A DNA stretch of 64,000 bases from a virus (Duplodnaviria > Caudoviricetes): IMG/VR virus record IMGVR_UViG_3300033066_001289, positions 1-64,000 of that record, one strand, 5' to 3'. Shown here piece by piece: positions 44,154-57,004 of this stretch (the stretch's first letter is position 1; every line of letters begins with the position of its first letter). The translations under genes were made by a program, and so were the position numbers. Below the pieces are notes generated by a model. It made no database searches and was not told the DNA's origin. It saw only the letters and a program-made list of their open reading frames with translations.

Positions 44154-45479
44154 TTACTTTCTACGATCAACTACATTATTTCCGCATTAACTTACCAAAT
44201 GCTGAAGATTTAGATTGAATCTTATCTTTCAATTTCTGTACTGCATTAACTGTCTCATGTCCAGTATCTAATGTCAAAGTTACATTTCTTTGTTCATTCT
44301 TAGCCTTAGCCTGTCCCATCAATTCCTGTGCATCCTTTTTCAAAGATTCAACTCTTGTAGATGGTAGTCCAAGCCCTGAGAACATCGAATAAACTCTTAC
44401 AATATCATCAGGAATGTCCTGAGATACATATGAGCCTCTAAAGATGCCCATTGGTTGACCACATTTATCCTGAATCATACTCATTCCATAACCTACACTT
44501 ACGTTTGGAATCTTCTTCCATGTTGATTCATTTGCAATTACCATTACTCCTACATACTTAGCTTGTTTCAAATCAAATCCACTTGCTAGTAAGTTTCCGT
44601 CTAAATTAGATATAATTGCTTCTGCTATAGCTGTCTCTGAATTAATATCATTTACATCTACTGCTCCATAAATTGATAATCCCTCTCCATCAATTAATAT
44701 CTTTAATAGTTCTGCTGAATCTAAACTCTTATCAATAGATGGTAGCATGCTATATGTATTAAATACATCTAGAGGTTCTACCATAGCTTTATTAGCTGTT
44801 GGGAAAAAGTCTAATTGACTTAATTGACTATAAATTAATTGTAACTTGCTATTATCACAAACAATTAAATTATGTATTCTCTTATTCTGTACAAATTTAC
44901 TTAATTTACTTAGAGTCTCTAAAGCATTGTGTTTAGTTTGAGCATCATCATTATCCATTGGTAGAGCCGCAATAACGATTACAGGGCGTCCAAAGTCTGA
45001 TAGAATATCTACAAGTACTTCTGTTGAACCTGCTCCTGAACCACCACCTAAGCTTGTACATAATACATTTATATGACAGTCGCCAAGTTTATCTTTTAGC
45101 AATTCTATAATAGCATCTTTATTAGATTCTGCAGCCTCTGCACCAATGCTAAGCTCTTTAGCTGCACCAGCTATACCTGCATTAATTACTAATTTATTTG
45201 AATCTGGAACGTTCAATAGTTTAAGATCTTGCATAGCAGTATTGATACAAACTGCTGGATAGCCTAGACTATACCAAACTTCTGCCAATCTACCACCAGC
45301 TTGACCGAGATCCTATAACTCCAAAATTAAAGGAGCGTTCTTTTTTAGCTATTAGCTTAGCACCGACCAGCTTTAGCTTTTAGCATAGCCAGTTTATTTG
45401 GATCTAGTGCTGTAGATTCTTTTAAATTATCGATAACTTCTTCTTTAGTATTTTCTTCTGTGTATGATTTTGCTGACAT
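44154..45479 (-). CDS. tubulin/FtsZ-family GTPase, 3 CGGN sites (45362, 45304, 44181)
   Basis: VIGS-G-QAGGRLA, INTA..DL, GGGSGAG signature, CDN. Confidence 0.9.
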
Positions 45480-45490
45480 ATTTATTTCCT

Positions 45491-46394
45491 TCATTTAAAG
45501 AACCATTGATTATTTTTATACCAACTGATTAGAACCTCATCATATTTGAGCTTTGTATCTGGTGTAAAATCAAGTTCATTTTTTATTTTTGTAAAGTCAC
45601 ATCCTAATATTTTATAATCTTTATTTGTATCTTCTAATTTAATTAGATCATGTCCACCTTCCATTAAGTTACAAACATGTTGTACAACTTCAACATTTGA
45701 ATATGTTTGATTTGATCCAACATTATATGTAACCGAATTATTTAAGTACAAAGTTTTATACAACATCTTATAAAAATCTGGCAATGATAACCATTGCTTT
45801 ATATTTTCACCTCTATCATCTAAAACAATTGGCTCCTTATTTAATATAGCCTTAATTGTTTTAGGTATTAAAAATTCTTTAGATTGCCTAATTCCATATA
45901 AATTACATAATCTTAATATTATATTGGTTGCATTAGACTTTAGTTTAATTAAATCTTCACAAGCCTTTTTAGAATATTCAAACATACTTTGAGGAACTAT
46001 TTCAGAACTTTCAGTAGGTAAATTATCTTCTGATAAAACATAATCATATATTTTATAAGAAGAAAAATAAATTAACTTATCTACAGAATTCTTATTACAA
46101 GCATCAATTAAGTTATTTGTAGCTTGAATGTTTTTGATATGATCTTTATCATGAGCTGCATGAATAACTATATCTGGCTTTTCTATTTCGAAAATAGTAT
46201 TTGTAAATCTTGCATCAGATAGATCTGCTAAATAAAACTGATGTAATTTATTAAAATATCTATTTTGTAATAATTCTGGTTCTGACATATTGTCAATTGA
46301 GGCAAAAGAATATGGCAATTTTTCATAAATTGATTTACGAATAAAATTGCTAGCTATAAAGCCACATGAACCGAGTTACGAGTATTTTTTTCAT
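45491..46394 (-). CDS. NAD-dependent epimerase/dehydratase (RmlB-like), 1 CGGN site (46370)
   Basis: ILVT-G-SCGFIAS, PDIVIHAA, SK..CE, R.CNLYG..Q. Confidence 0.88.
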
Positions 46395-47186
46395 TTATAT
46401 ATATTATATTTCTTAGTATATTTGTCAATGTCTACAGAAACAATATTCGCCCAAGTTTGTTTAAAAACATTGGTATTATGAGACATAAATAATTTATTAA
46501 TTGGATTAGTTTTTAATGACGAAGATTCATCATGAAATATATCAGTACTTCCACAATATACTACTTTTTTGCCCAAATTATATTTTATTTTTAAATTAAG
46601 ATCTATATCTTCAAAAGCCCATTTATATTGATTATTAAATCCACCAACTGCATTAAAATCTTTTACATTAACAAGCATTACAGCTCCTGTAACAGATTGA
46701 TATTCTCTATTCTCTCTATCAAAAGCAGAAGTTTTCTGACCTACCTTTAAATGAGTTGGAGTTTTATAATGATGAATAACAACTCCACAATGTTGAATTT
46801 TATCAGTATTAGTATAAAGAAGTCTAGCGCCTACAACGCCAATTTCTGGATTAGAAGCTAATAAATTCAACATGTTCTTAATAGAATCAGTTGAATTTAT
46901 AACCACATCATTATTTAAAAATAGTATTTGATCTATTTCATCTGGCTTAGCCTGTTCATGAATATAATTCATACCTTCAGAAAAGCTTTGAATATTATTA
47001 GGATAAGCTATAATATTAACATTTGGATTATCCCAAGACTTAATTTCTTCTATAGTCGAATCTTTAGAACCGATTATCTTTAATATACCATTTATAATCT
47101 ATACCTTCTAAAGCTGGTATAAGAGAGTTTTTAAGTCTAACTAATAAGTCTTTTTTGTTCCAAGTTAATGTATATATATGTAGCAT
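46391..47186 (-). CDS. GT2 glycosyltransferase, 1 CGGN site (47069)
   Basis: DN-G-SKD, LFLNND, VTGA, FEDIDL. Confidence 0.9.
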
Positions 47187-48162
47187 TATAATCCTATTCT
47201 AAGTCCTAGTCCAAATTGTAAACCATTACCATATCCTACAGATGGACCTATATATAAATTAGATAAGCCAGGAATATGTTTTCCTATATTATAACTGGCT
47301 GGATTTAAAATTAAATTACCGTCTGTGATTTGTGGCATCATATGATAGTCCAGGAGCCAAAAATATCCAATCTGGGTTACTTTTAAATTTTCCATATGAA
47401 AATAATGGTACTGAAATTCCTATATTATGTGCTGACAATGTATTATCATAAGCAGCATAAAACTTAGGATTAAATCTAAATTTATTTTCTGGATATTGTT
47501 CTTTTAACTCTGCTGTATCAATCTTAATTTCATAATCTTTATCATCAACTTTTATAATAAACTTATTATAAACAAAATGTCTAGAATTTTCATCCATTCC
47601 TATAACAGTACTAGATATATATTTTCTAGGTTTAATATCAAGTAACCAAGGATTCTTTTGAGTAGCATCAAAGCCTACAGTACCAATTGGTATTTTAATA
47701 TTTGAAAAAGGTTCCGAAAGAACATAAAATTGACGTTGTTTAAAATAAGAATATTTATCTTCTGTACATTCTTTATCTTGACACTTAATTGTGGGCGGGG
47801 GATTTATGATGGGAATAGTGTAAGAACTTCCGTCTCCTGTTGAGTAATAACCATGACTAGAAGTTTGAGTCTTATTAATTGCAATTATACTAGCATTAAA
47901 TGTGTCTAAATCTTTTTTAATTACTTCTAAATCTATCTTAGATTCTTTGGCAAATTTTTCTAGATCTGATTTTGTTACATATTCAGACATTGACCTAGTT
48001 ATATTATCTTGTAATTCTTTTTGTTTAATTATTGAGGATTCAATATATTGCTTATCTAAATTTGATTGTCTACATGAAAGGAATATAAATCCGAACCATT
48101 AAAACAACTGAAAGACAACAGAAAAGAACAGTGAACAATTTATATTTTGATAATTCTTCCAT
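47186..48162 (-). CDS. membrane-anchored protein, 2 CGGN sites (48090, 47318)
   Basis: N-terminal TM, coiled coil, C-terminal beta strands GPSVGYG...GLGL. Confidence 0.7.
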
Positions 48163-48180
48163 TATATCATATATAACTAG

Positions 48181-48405
48181 TTATTTGAAAATTTGCTCTT
48201 TTATTGTCTGTGAATATAATTTTTTAAATTTTTCATTTGAAAGATTTTCTCCCAAATAAAATCCATTACAAAAATACGCTGGTTTTGCATAATATCTAGA
48301 TGATCCATCATAAGATACTAGTGCTGGACCACTAGGATTATCAAGATATCCATAATCATTGTAAACATAAATATTTTTACAATTCTGAAATAAAACTATT
48401 TTCAT
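48181..48405 (-). CDS. family B small protein
   Basis: DNPSGPA; ends IFK. Confidence 0.7.
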   Translation of the reverse strand: MKIVLFQNCKNIYVYNDYGYLDNPSGPALVSYDGSSRYYAKPAYFCNGFYLGENLSNEKFKKLYSQTIKEQIFK

Positions 48406-48623
48406 TCAAATACCAATTTCTTTAATACTATGTTTTTTCGCTTTTCAAATTCTTTATTGGAAAGATTTTTACCAATATATTGTCCATAAATATAGTATTG
48501 TAATGCTCCAATATATGGACCAGAAAGAAAAATAAATGCTGGTCCATTTAAATTATGAATTTTCCCACACGGTTCGCAATCGTATATTATAATATGATAA
48601 TCTAATTTAATAATCATTTCCAT
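48402..48623 (-). CDS. family B small protein
   Basis: HNLNGPA; ends VFE. Confidence 0.7.
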   Translation of the reverse strand: MEMIIKLDYHIIIYDCEPCGKIHNLNGPAFIFLSGPYIGALQYYIYGQYIGKNLSNKEFEKRKNIVLKKLVFE

Positions 48624-49264
48624 TTTTCTATAAATAATTTCTTACTAGTTTGATATAGCTTTGGAATATTTAATTGTTTGCCTGATATCTTTCCAAAATG
48701 CACAACAGGTATATCTACAACCTTAAATTGGATTTTTAATTCTCTAGCTCTAAAACTTAAATCAGTGTCCTCAAAAAAATGAGGATATCTTTCATCAAAG
48801 ATTTTACCATCTTCCTTTAGCTTTTCCCAAGTTTGTCTAGATCCACATATGCACCATCCTGACATATAGGAATTTCCAATTAAAAATTTATTTTCTTCTT
48901 TTACAAAATTAAAATCTTTATCCAATAATCCCATTGTTGGACCAGTTAAGGCTGATGAATCTATTAATCTGTCTGTCCAATTATCAAAATTATCTTTAAC
49001 TCTTATGTCATTGTTTAGAAATAATATATTATCTCCAGAAGAGAATTCATAAGCTTTATTATTACCTGGACCAAAACCATAGTTAATATCACTACGAATA
49101 TATCTAAACTCTTTAGTATCCATTAGTTTAGAATGTGTCTCATCTGTACTACCATTATCATATACTATGATTTCAGTATCATTTGATAATTTAGATAAAT
49201 CATCTAAACATGATTTAGTAAAATTATATTTATTATAACAAAGAATAATTATACTTAATTTCAT
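48614..49264 (-). CDS. GT2 glycosyltransferase
   Basis: LSIIILCYN, DNGSTD, LFLNND, FEDTDL. Confidence 0.9.
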   Translation of the reverse strand: MKLSIIILCYNKYNFTKSCLDDLSKLSNDTEIIVYDNGSTDETHSKLMDTKEFRYIRSDINYGFGPGNNKAYEFSSGDNILFLNNDIRVKDNFDNWTDRLIDSSALTGPTMGLLDKDFNFVKEENKFLIGNSYMSGWCICGSRQTWEKLKEDGKIFDERYPHFFEDTDLSFRARELKIQFKVVDIPVVHFGKISGKQLNIPKLYQTSKKLFIEKWK

Positions 49265-51601
49265 TTAAAAACTCTTTCTTTTATTATTTTATTAAATAAA
49301 ATATTAGTTTCTTTTAATGGCTTAGAGGATTCTGTTATATATTCTCCATTAATATAAAGCAAATACTTATTTTTTTTAAAAAATAATTTAGCTATTCCAG
49401 TAATAGGTTCACCTTTATAATCTATATATGAGTCTTCACGACAACAATATTCATTCTCTTTTAACTGTACAGAATAAGTATTATTCCATTTATAAAGTTT
49501 TAAATTCATTTAAATGCCTCTTCTTTTATAGCTTGCTCTAATTTCTTTGCCGCTTCTTCAGGAGTATTAAGTATATTTCCATTAGTAATATTTCTTCCAT
49601 TTAAATATAAAATATAATAATTTCCATGATAAAAAGTATGCAATATTCCTTTTGCAATTCCAGTAATTGGCTCATATTTATAATCAACAAATAATCTACC
49701 AATTCTACAATATTCATTTTCTTTCATTGGTAAATGATATTGCGTTTGATTATAGAGACAATAATGAAAATTATAAAATTTAATATTCATTCAAATACTG
49801 CTTTCTTTAAACATAGTTTAAAGCCTTCTTTTGTACCAAAATCAATTACAATTCCATTGATAAAATATATCAAATCACCTCTTTGACTCTTTGCAATTCC
49901 AGTAATTTGCTCCAATTTATTATTAACCCATGTTTGAATATTATTTTTACGATATATGCAAATTTCATTATCTAACATTGTTGTATAGTCATGAATCCCA
50001 TATCTTATTTTATATTCTTTTATCATTCAAACACCATTTGTTTTAAATATTTTTCAAAATCTTCTATATTTCCAGTTTCATTACATTCATTTACTGTTAT
50101 TCCATTTACATACCATCTATAATAATCTCCAACTATTCCAATTCCTGTTATTAGATTAAATTCAAAATCAATAATTTGGGCATTTTCTAAATTTTCATCC
50201 CATAACATAGTATATTCATCTTCTTTTAATGGAAATGTATTAAAACAATCGGCATCATAATTGTAATTATATTTATATATTTTAGTCATTCAAATACTTT
50301 TTTCTTTAAAAAATCTAAAATCGCTTTTTCATTAGTACTACGAATATTAGTGCTCTTTCCACTATAATAAAAAATATTATTACCATCATTATTACCTATT
50401 CCAGTTATAGGAATATCTTGCCAATCAAAATATGAACAACTGTGCATATTATAATAATAACTATTATCTTTTAAAGAATCTTTTGCAAAAGATGTGGTGC
50501 TGTATGCTCCAGAACAATCATCTTTTGATCTCCTAGCCCCATAATAAATATAAGTTTTATAATTCACTTAAATATTAATTCTTTCAAATGTTGTTCAAAT
50601 TTCTTAGAATTATTACCATATTTACCTCTTATAATTTGACCATCAAAATACCATTTATATCTTTCCTTTCCATCATAATGTTCTAAAAATCCAATTCCAG
50701 TTATTGGTTCATAATTACCATTAACAAAATACATTTTATTTTCATCAGTTATATATAAAGAATACTCATTTTCTTTAATTGGAAATAAATATAATTCATA
50801 AGCAAACTTATTATACATATAATTATAAATTTTTGTCATGTAAAAATTAATTCCTTTAATAAAAGCATATACTCTTTTTTGGTTGGATTTTTGGTATGCG
50901 TTCCAATTCTATTTCCATCATATACATATAATGTCCATCCATTCCCTCCAATATTCACTGATCCTGAAATTAACTGTTTTTTATTATTAAAATATTTTGA
51001 AGTAAGTTCACAGCACCAACAATAATTATCTGGCAAATTAGCCATATACCTATTAAGCAAATTTGATTTCATGTTGCGAACATAACCTTGACATTCATAA
51101 TATTTCATTTAAATATATTTTCTTTAATTATTTGATTATATAATGTTTCTAAACTTTGTATTGAATGCCCATTAATTCTATCATTATGAATTATTAGCCC
51201 ATTTAACACAATATAAAACCAATTATCTGCTTTTATAATTCCAACAAATGGATTTTTATTATAATCTAATAATAATTCTTTTTCTTCAAAAAAATAAATT
51301 TCATCTTCTTTTACATTTACATTTGTTGTTCTTTTACCAATATATTTATAGAATATCATTTAAATATATGCTCTTTTACTGCTTTATTAAATTCTTTTTC
51401 TAATAATTTTTTTGATTTATTTTTGACTAAATATTTAATACAATATCCATTTAAATAAAAATTAAAACAATTTTTATTTAATATACCAATCCCAGTAAAA
51501 GGCTGTCTTTTATTATCAACATAAACAAATATATCATCATCTAAACTATACTCTTCATCATTTAAGGATGTTGAATTTATATTAAATTTTAAATATCTCA
51601 T
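49261..51601 (-). other. tandem array of nine ATGA-coupled family B paralogues (49261, 49506, 49787, 50023, 50286, 50564, 50836, 51105, 51356)
   Basis: Shared xITGI[AG]...Y.NG and C-terminal K[EQK]x[IVA]F[KET]. Confidence 0.8.
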
Positions 51602-52736
51602 GTTATTAATTCTTTAATTTGTCTATATACGCTTGTCCAACTATATTTATCAATTACCTTATTATACTCAGAATCTGATATCTGAACTTTTCTATTATAA
51701 CAATCTTTCATTAATTGAATTCCGATGATCAATATTTGGCTTATACATCACTGCATATACACTAGCATCCCAATACTGATAATCCATCGGACACCTTACT
51801 ACCTTCCCCTCAATCAACAAACTATTATCCTTATTACAGAAATCTAATTGTCCACCATAATCACAACATATATTAATTTTTTTGCTTACTAATGCCTCTA
51901 ACATAGTTAGACCAAAACCTTCACAAGCACTTGTTGAAATTACTGCATCACAACTTCTATATAAATCAGAAATGTCATCTATGTAATCGTGTATTACTAC
52001 TATCTCTGCTGAATTCTTATATTTCTCTTTATATTCTTTATAAATTTCACTCCAAGATTCCTCAAACCCAAACTCTGGATTCTTATTCCCAACTTTAATT
52101 ACTAAACAAACATCATCAGATTTATTAAAAGCTTTACCAAACATCTCTAAAGCATATCTTATCTGCTTACGTTTATGACATTGATGTGCTACCAATAAGA
52201 ATTTATATGATTTATTGGTTTTTAGCTTTATAGTTTCTGCTCTATTAATAAAAGAATCTGAATAACCATGAGGTACTACTACTAGTTTTGATTCTGGAAT
52301 TTTTGCGTCTATGAACCCTTGGCGGCAGAAGTATGATGGGGAAAACATTTTATCTATATACTCAAAGTTCTTTGCTGTACCGAGGCGGTAATGTATTTGC
52401 TCCGTTTATTCCATTAAACTCCCATGCCCATATTCCAAATCTATTTTTAGTTCCTCTATTTAAGTAATTTCCAAAATTACGAGGCATTGTATAGGAAATT
52501 TGTACATCATAATTATTTTTCAATCCAACAAATAGCTTATCATCTATTTTTGTTTTTTTGTCGAAGGAGCCTTTTAAGTTTGATTTGAGGTCTTCTGGAT
52601 AATTTTGTATACCATTAGTACTAAAAATATCTACATCATGTCCATCTTTAATAAATTCACGCGCCAAAGATTGACCTACTACAGACCAACTGTGGCAATT
52701 CCCAAAAAATTGTTGAAATTTAACTTGCATTACCAT
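51598..52736 (-). CDS. GT4 glycosyltransferase, 2 CGGN sites (52379, 51721)
   Basis: WAWE, PS.F, VVPHG, RK, EGFGLTMLEAL, YSW C-terminus restored. Confidence 0.9.
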
Positions 52737-52755
52737 ACATATATCAGGAGTTCAT

Positions 52756-53064
52756 ATGTTGAAGATTAAAGATATTGAAAATAATTGTCTCTTCTGCAAT
52801 CAAGAATTTGAACAATATTTCCGTACCATCTGCTATTCATGCAACTTAATTAAACAATCACATTTCTTTGGCTTTGAACTAGTTAAAACTAACTCCTTTA
52901 TACTAGATATTAGCTTTAAACCTATTAAAGAAAATTATATTAATTATTCAAATCCAATTATAAAATTATTATATTCTAATAATATTCATAATTTTATATT
53001 TGAAGACATTCAAAATTCTCAAGATTTAGCCAATAAAATTAACAAACTGTTAATTTTCATTTAA
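52756..53064 (+). CDS. family A Zn-ribbon protein (dispersed copy)
   Basis: CLFC...CYSC; ends INKLLIFI. Confidence 0.7.
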   Translation: MLKIKDIENNCLFCNQEFEQYFRTICYSCNLIKQSHFFGFELVKTNSFILDISFKPIKENYINYSNPIIKLLYSNNIHNFIFEDIQNSQDLANKINKLLIFI

Positions 53065-56000
53065 TTATTCAAAAAATAATACTAATCTTGCCATATATAC
53101 ATTTCCTGTTGATGCTACATCAACTGATATTTTAATCTCATATACTACATCTAATGATGCAATATCTAATGATGATAAAATATCATCAGATTGTAAAAAT
53201 ATCAATGAACTTGAAGTTGTTTGTACATATGGATTAACACCTGACAAATCTATTGGAATACCAGTATTAGTATTGGTTAAAGTAACTCTTGTATTATTTC
53301 CAGCACTATTTTTAGCTATTACTTCAAAATAAGCACTTTGAATAATAAATGGATCATAATCTTCAAATCTAAATTTAAATGCTCCTACTGAATCTCCAGA
53401 TGTTGAAGTAGTATATACTGTTGTTGTAGCTACATTTCCATTTAATCCATCTATATATAAAGGAGTTTTATATGCAAATGTAGGATCTAATTTACCATTA
53501 GAATCCGTTTTAATTATTTTATCAGCATCTGATGCTCCAGTTGTAACATCTATTGGTGCTGTAAATTCATAACTAGTTCCATTGCTAACTAATACTGTTC
53601 CAGAAGCTCCTATAGTACTTAATCCTGTACCACCATTAAGTATTGGTAATACTCCAGTTACATCAGTTTCTAAATCAACTAATGCACTTGGTCCACCTAC
53701 ATTAGCTCCACTAAATACACTTATTAACTGTAATAGATTCTGTACTTGTGTAGAATCAACTACAATTGGTGAATTGTTAAATCCACCTTTCTTTAAAAAT
53801 ACTTGAACTTGTATTTTAGTATTTAATGTTTGTAATACTAAATCTTCATATAAATTAGTAAAGTTTAATGATAATAAACCTGTGGTATAATCCATGAATA
53901 CACCAATTTTACCATCTATTAATACTCCTGAATAACCATCTTCATCTGTTCCTCCAGTATTTGGAGAGAATGATTGTACTGCTACTGAAAATCTTAATTG
54001 ATCATTTGCCAAAGCTGCTGAACTTACCAATGAACAATCAGCAAATCTCATTGCTGGAAATCCTAATCTAGTTAGTCCAGTACCATTATAATCTGCTATA
54101 AAATCATCAAATACATTTATAGTTCTTTCTGCAGAAAATATACCATCTGGAACTTCTAGAATTATTGTTCCTACTTCAAAGTCTACTTTATAAAAATCTC
54201 CACTTTGATCTAGTAACTGTCCTCCTGTACGAAGAACTAAATTATTTGGTAAATAAAAGTCATTCTTACCAGGATCAAATGCAGATGGTGCATTATAAAC
54301 TGTACAAGTATAACCATCAATTAAACATTGATTAACTTCATATCCAGAATTATCTTGGAATATACAAGGAACTTGTTTTGGATTAGAGTTTGATACTACT
54401 AAATAATCTTCCCAAGCCAATTGTCTTTCAACTAATATAGTTGCTGGACTTGTTAGAAAATTGTGTGATGCAAAATAACCATCATCACTACTAAATATAT
54501 CTTGTAATGGATGTATGTCTGCGTTTCTATTGGCAGAGTATGATGGGAAATCGTCATCCCTATCTATAAATTTTTCAACTTTGATTTTCAATACATTAAA
54601 TGGTGTACCAATCTTTAAATATGGATCAGTTGTTGGTCCAGGATATACTTGTGTACTAGGAGCAGTAGCTATTCTTTCAATATATGATGTTAATAAATAT
54701 CCATCATTTTCACTAATATAAAAATCTTGATCAATATCAGCTCTTAACATTTCTTCAAATGTTCCAGAATCTAATAAAATCTTTTGTATAGTTAATGTAT
54801 CACTAGTAGTATCTAATTCAGTAATAAAAAATTTACCATTATTACCTTCATTAGCAGAATATATAGCTAAATAATTATCACTTAATCCAGAAATGGCTGA
54901 AAAGTTTACAACACTACTTGCAAAACTAGCCAATCTTCTATCGGATGGGTTTGCTACTAAAATACCATCGCTTCCACTTGCTACTATTGTACTAGTAACT
55001 TTATTAATAACTCTAAAAGTTAATCCAGTTTGTGAAACAAAATCTTCATTTAATGTTTGATAACCATTTTCAATTATTGCAGTAATTCCATTATCAGTAA
55101 TACTTGTTACCAATGGTGGAGAAATATTCATATTAAAATTCAAATAACTATATAATAAATCTAAGTCATCAGAATCAATAATACCATCGCCATTAACATC
55201 TCCATATAACATTTGACATAATTTAACATCGGCGATTCTGTAATAAACTGAAGTATTATTTGCATTTGGATAAATCTTTGCTTTTGTAAAATCCCCTGAT
55301 AATAAATAGCTAGACAAAGCTGTTACTGAAGTGTCATATCTATAGCCATCAGATGGATCAGTGACTAATTTAATTATAATCTGATTATCAGATGTTGTAA
55401 AACTATATAATTTTGAAAAAATCTCTACATCAGATAAATCCAAAAACTTTTTATTCTTGTCTGATATACTACCTAATGCAAATAAATCATTAGTTGTAGT
55501 TAAGTTTGAGACCTCTAAAGAATTAAGTAAACTAACACTTGGAGTAAACTGTTGCTGACTATTTACAGGGTCTCCTGTACGTTGATCAGGAACGCTATCG
55601 CTCTCTGTTATAACAGCACTCAAAACTCCTTTAAATACATCATTGCCAGAAAAAGACAAGCCATCTAAAGAGTAATCTACAGTAGCTCCAGTTGTAGAAT
55701 CTTCAATAGTTTTTTCAATAATAACACCATGTCCAGATTCATATCCTTGACCATCTGTTACTTTTGCTGCATCTGTATGAATCTTAAACCATAAATCATC
55801 ATTTGGAATATCTACCCATATAATTCCATTAAATGTTGTATACCTTGAATCATCTACATGATCACTACCACATGCTACTTGTATATCACATTTATTAGCT
55901 GCACCAGATCTTTTTAAAGTAAAAGCATAATAATTTCCAGCTTTTATAACATTATTTGATGCAACATTTGTATTGCTTAATATAAAGTCGACTGGTTGAG

Positions 56001-56973
56001 GTGTACCATCTAATATTGTTCCAATCGCTTCTAATGTAGAATAACTAAAACTCAATTGAGCCAATGGTATATTTTGTGGATCAAAATCTATAGCAAGGTT
56101 ATTTGCTATATCTGTTGGACAATTTAATGAAGTTTGTAATGGATAAATGCTAAATACTAAATCTCCTGTCCATTGTAAATCATCTTCATCTCCAGGAACA
56201 TTATTAGCTACAGATAGTAATAATGTTACTTTTTGAATATTATTTGTAGATGCTTTGAATTTTTGTCCTACTTGTGTACTTACATCATCTACTTCTAATA
56301 ACTTATTTTCTTTTTCATCTGTTAATATATTTAAGTCTTCTATATTATATAATGGTAAACATGATTTTAGAAAGTTTTCTAAAGTCATACTTACTGCATT
56401 ATAAAAGTCTCTAAAAAATAAATTTGGCTCTATATCTTGAGCTACCATTATAGTATCTCTTGATAAAGACATTGGATTAGCTTCTTTTATAGTAAACTTG
56501 CCACCTAAATTAAATGATTGTGTACTGGTGCCTCTAATATCATTAAATAAAATTGTTAATATTCTAGTAAAATGTTTTTTACCAATTTGTTTTTCATTTG
56601 TTTTAAATACAAATGTTTCATAAATTAAAGCACTATTAAAATCTAATCCTATAACACAAACTTTAACATTTCTTTTGCCAGCAGCTTCTGAATGCGATAG
56701 TTCTAATTCTAATTGGTTTCCAAAATTAGTATCAGAAGGTTGAGCTTGTGACTGAATATTTAAACCATCTAATAATCCAGTCTCTTCTTCTGAATCAAAT
56801 AATACATTTTGATTTAATGCAGATATTACTACTCCAGAACCAAAATGATTATTTATAATAGATGCTTGTATAGTATTATTAAAATCTTGTTCTAATGTTA
56901 AATTAGCATCATCAACTTGTTCTGAGTCGAACCAACTATTTTGTTTTACTGAAACTGGGCTTCTTTTTGTCAT
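53065..56973 (-). CDS. large virion structural protein with dockerin/EF-hand-like loops
   Basis: 1302 aa acidic beta-rich; GDVNGDGIIDSDD; VTGVLP..NGGTG. Confidence 0.7.
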   Translation of the reverse strand: MTKRSPVSVKQNSWFDSEQVDDANLTLEQDFNNTIQASIINNHFGSGVVISALNQNVLFDSEEETGLLDGLNIQSQAQPSDTNFGNQLELELSHSEAAGKRNVKVCVIGLDFNSALIYETFVFKTNEKQIGKKHFTRILTILFNDIRGTSTQSFNLGGKFTIKEANPMSLSRDTIMVAQDIEPNLFFRDFYNAVSMTLENFLKSCLPLYNIEDLNILTDEKENKLLEVDDVSTQVGQKFKASTNNIQKVTLLLSVANNVPGDEDDLQWTGDLVFSIYPLQTSLNCPTDIANNLAIDFDPQNIPLAQLSFSYSTLEAIGTILDGTPQPVDFILSNTNVASNNVIKAGNYYAFTLKRSGAANKCDIQVACGSDHVDDSRYTTFNGIIWVDIPNDDLWFKIHTDAAKVTDGQGYESGHGVIIEKTIEDSTTGATVDYSLDGLSFSGNDVFKGVLSAVITESDSVPDQRTGDPVNSQQQFTPSVSLLNSLEVSNLTTTNDLFALGSISDKNKKFLDLSDVEIFSKLYSFTTSDNQIIIKLVTDPSDGYRYDTSVTALSSYLLSGDFTKAKIYPNANNTSVYYRIADVKLCQMLYGDVNGDGIIDSDDLDLLYSYLNFNMNISPPLVTSITDNGITAIIENGYQTLNEDFVSQTGLTFRVINKVTSTIVASGSDGILVANPSDRRLASFASSVVNFSAISGLSDNYLAIYSANEGNNGKFFITELDTTSDTLTIQKILLDSGTFEEMLRADIDQDFYISENDGYLLTSYIERIATAPSTQVYPGPTTDPYLKIGTPFNVLKIKVEKFIDRDDDFPSYSANRNADIHPLQDIFSSDDGYFASHNFLTSPATILVERQLAWEDYLVVSNSNPKQVPCIFQDNSGYEVNQCLIDGYTCTVYNAPSAFDPGKNDFYLPNNLVLRTGGQLLDQSGDFYKVDFEVGTIILEVPDGIFSAERTINVFDDFIADYNGTGLTRLGFPAMRFADCSLVSSAALANDQLRFSVAVQSFSPNTGGTDEDGYSGVLIDGKIGVFMDYTTGLLSLNFTNLYEDLVLQTLNTKIQVQVFLKKGGFNNSPIVVDSTQVQNLLQLISVFSGANVGGPSALVDLETDVTGVLPILNGGTGLSTIGASGTVLVSNGTSYEFTAPIDVTTGASDADKIIKTDSNGKLDPTFAYKTPLYIDGLNGNVATTTVYTTSTSGDSVGAFKFRFEDYDPFIIQSAYFEVIAKNSAGNNTRVTLTNTNTGIPIDLSGVNPYVQTTSSSLIFLQSDDILSSLDIASLDVVYEIKISVDVASTGNVYMARLVLFFE

Positions 56974-57004
56974 TTGTTATCCATTATAATATCAATATAT
57001 TGGT

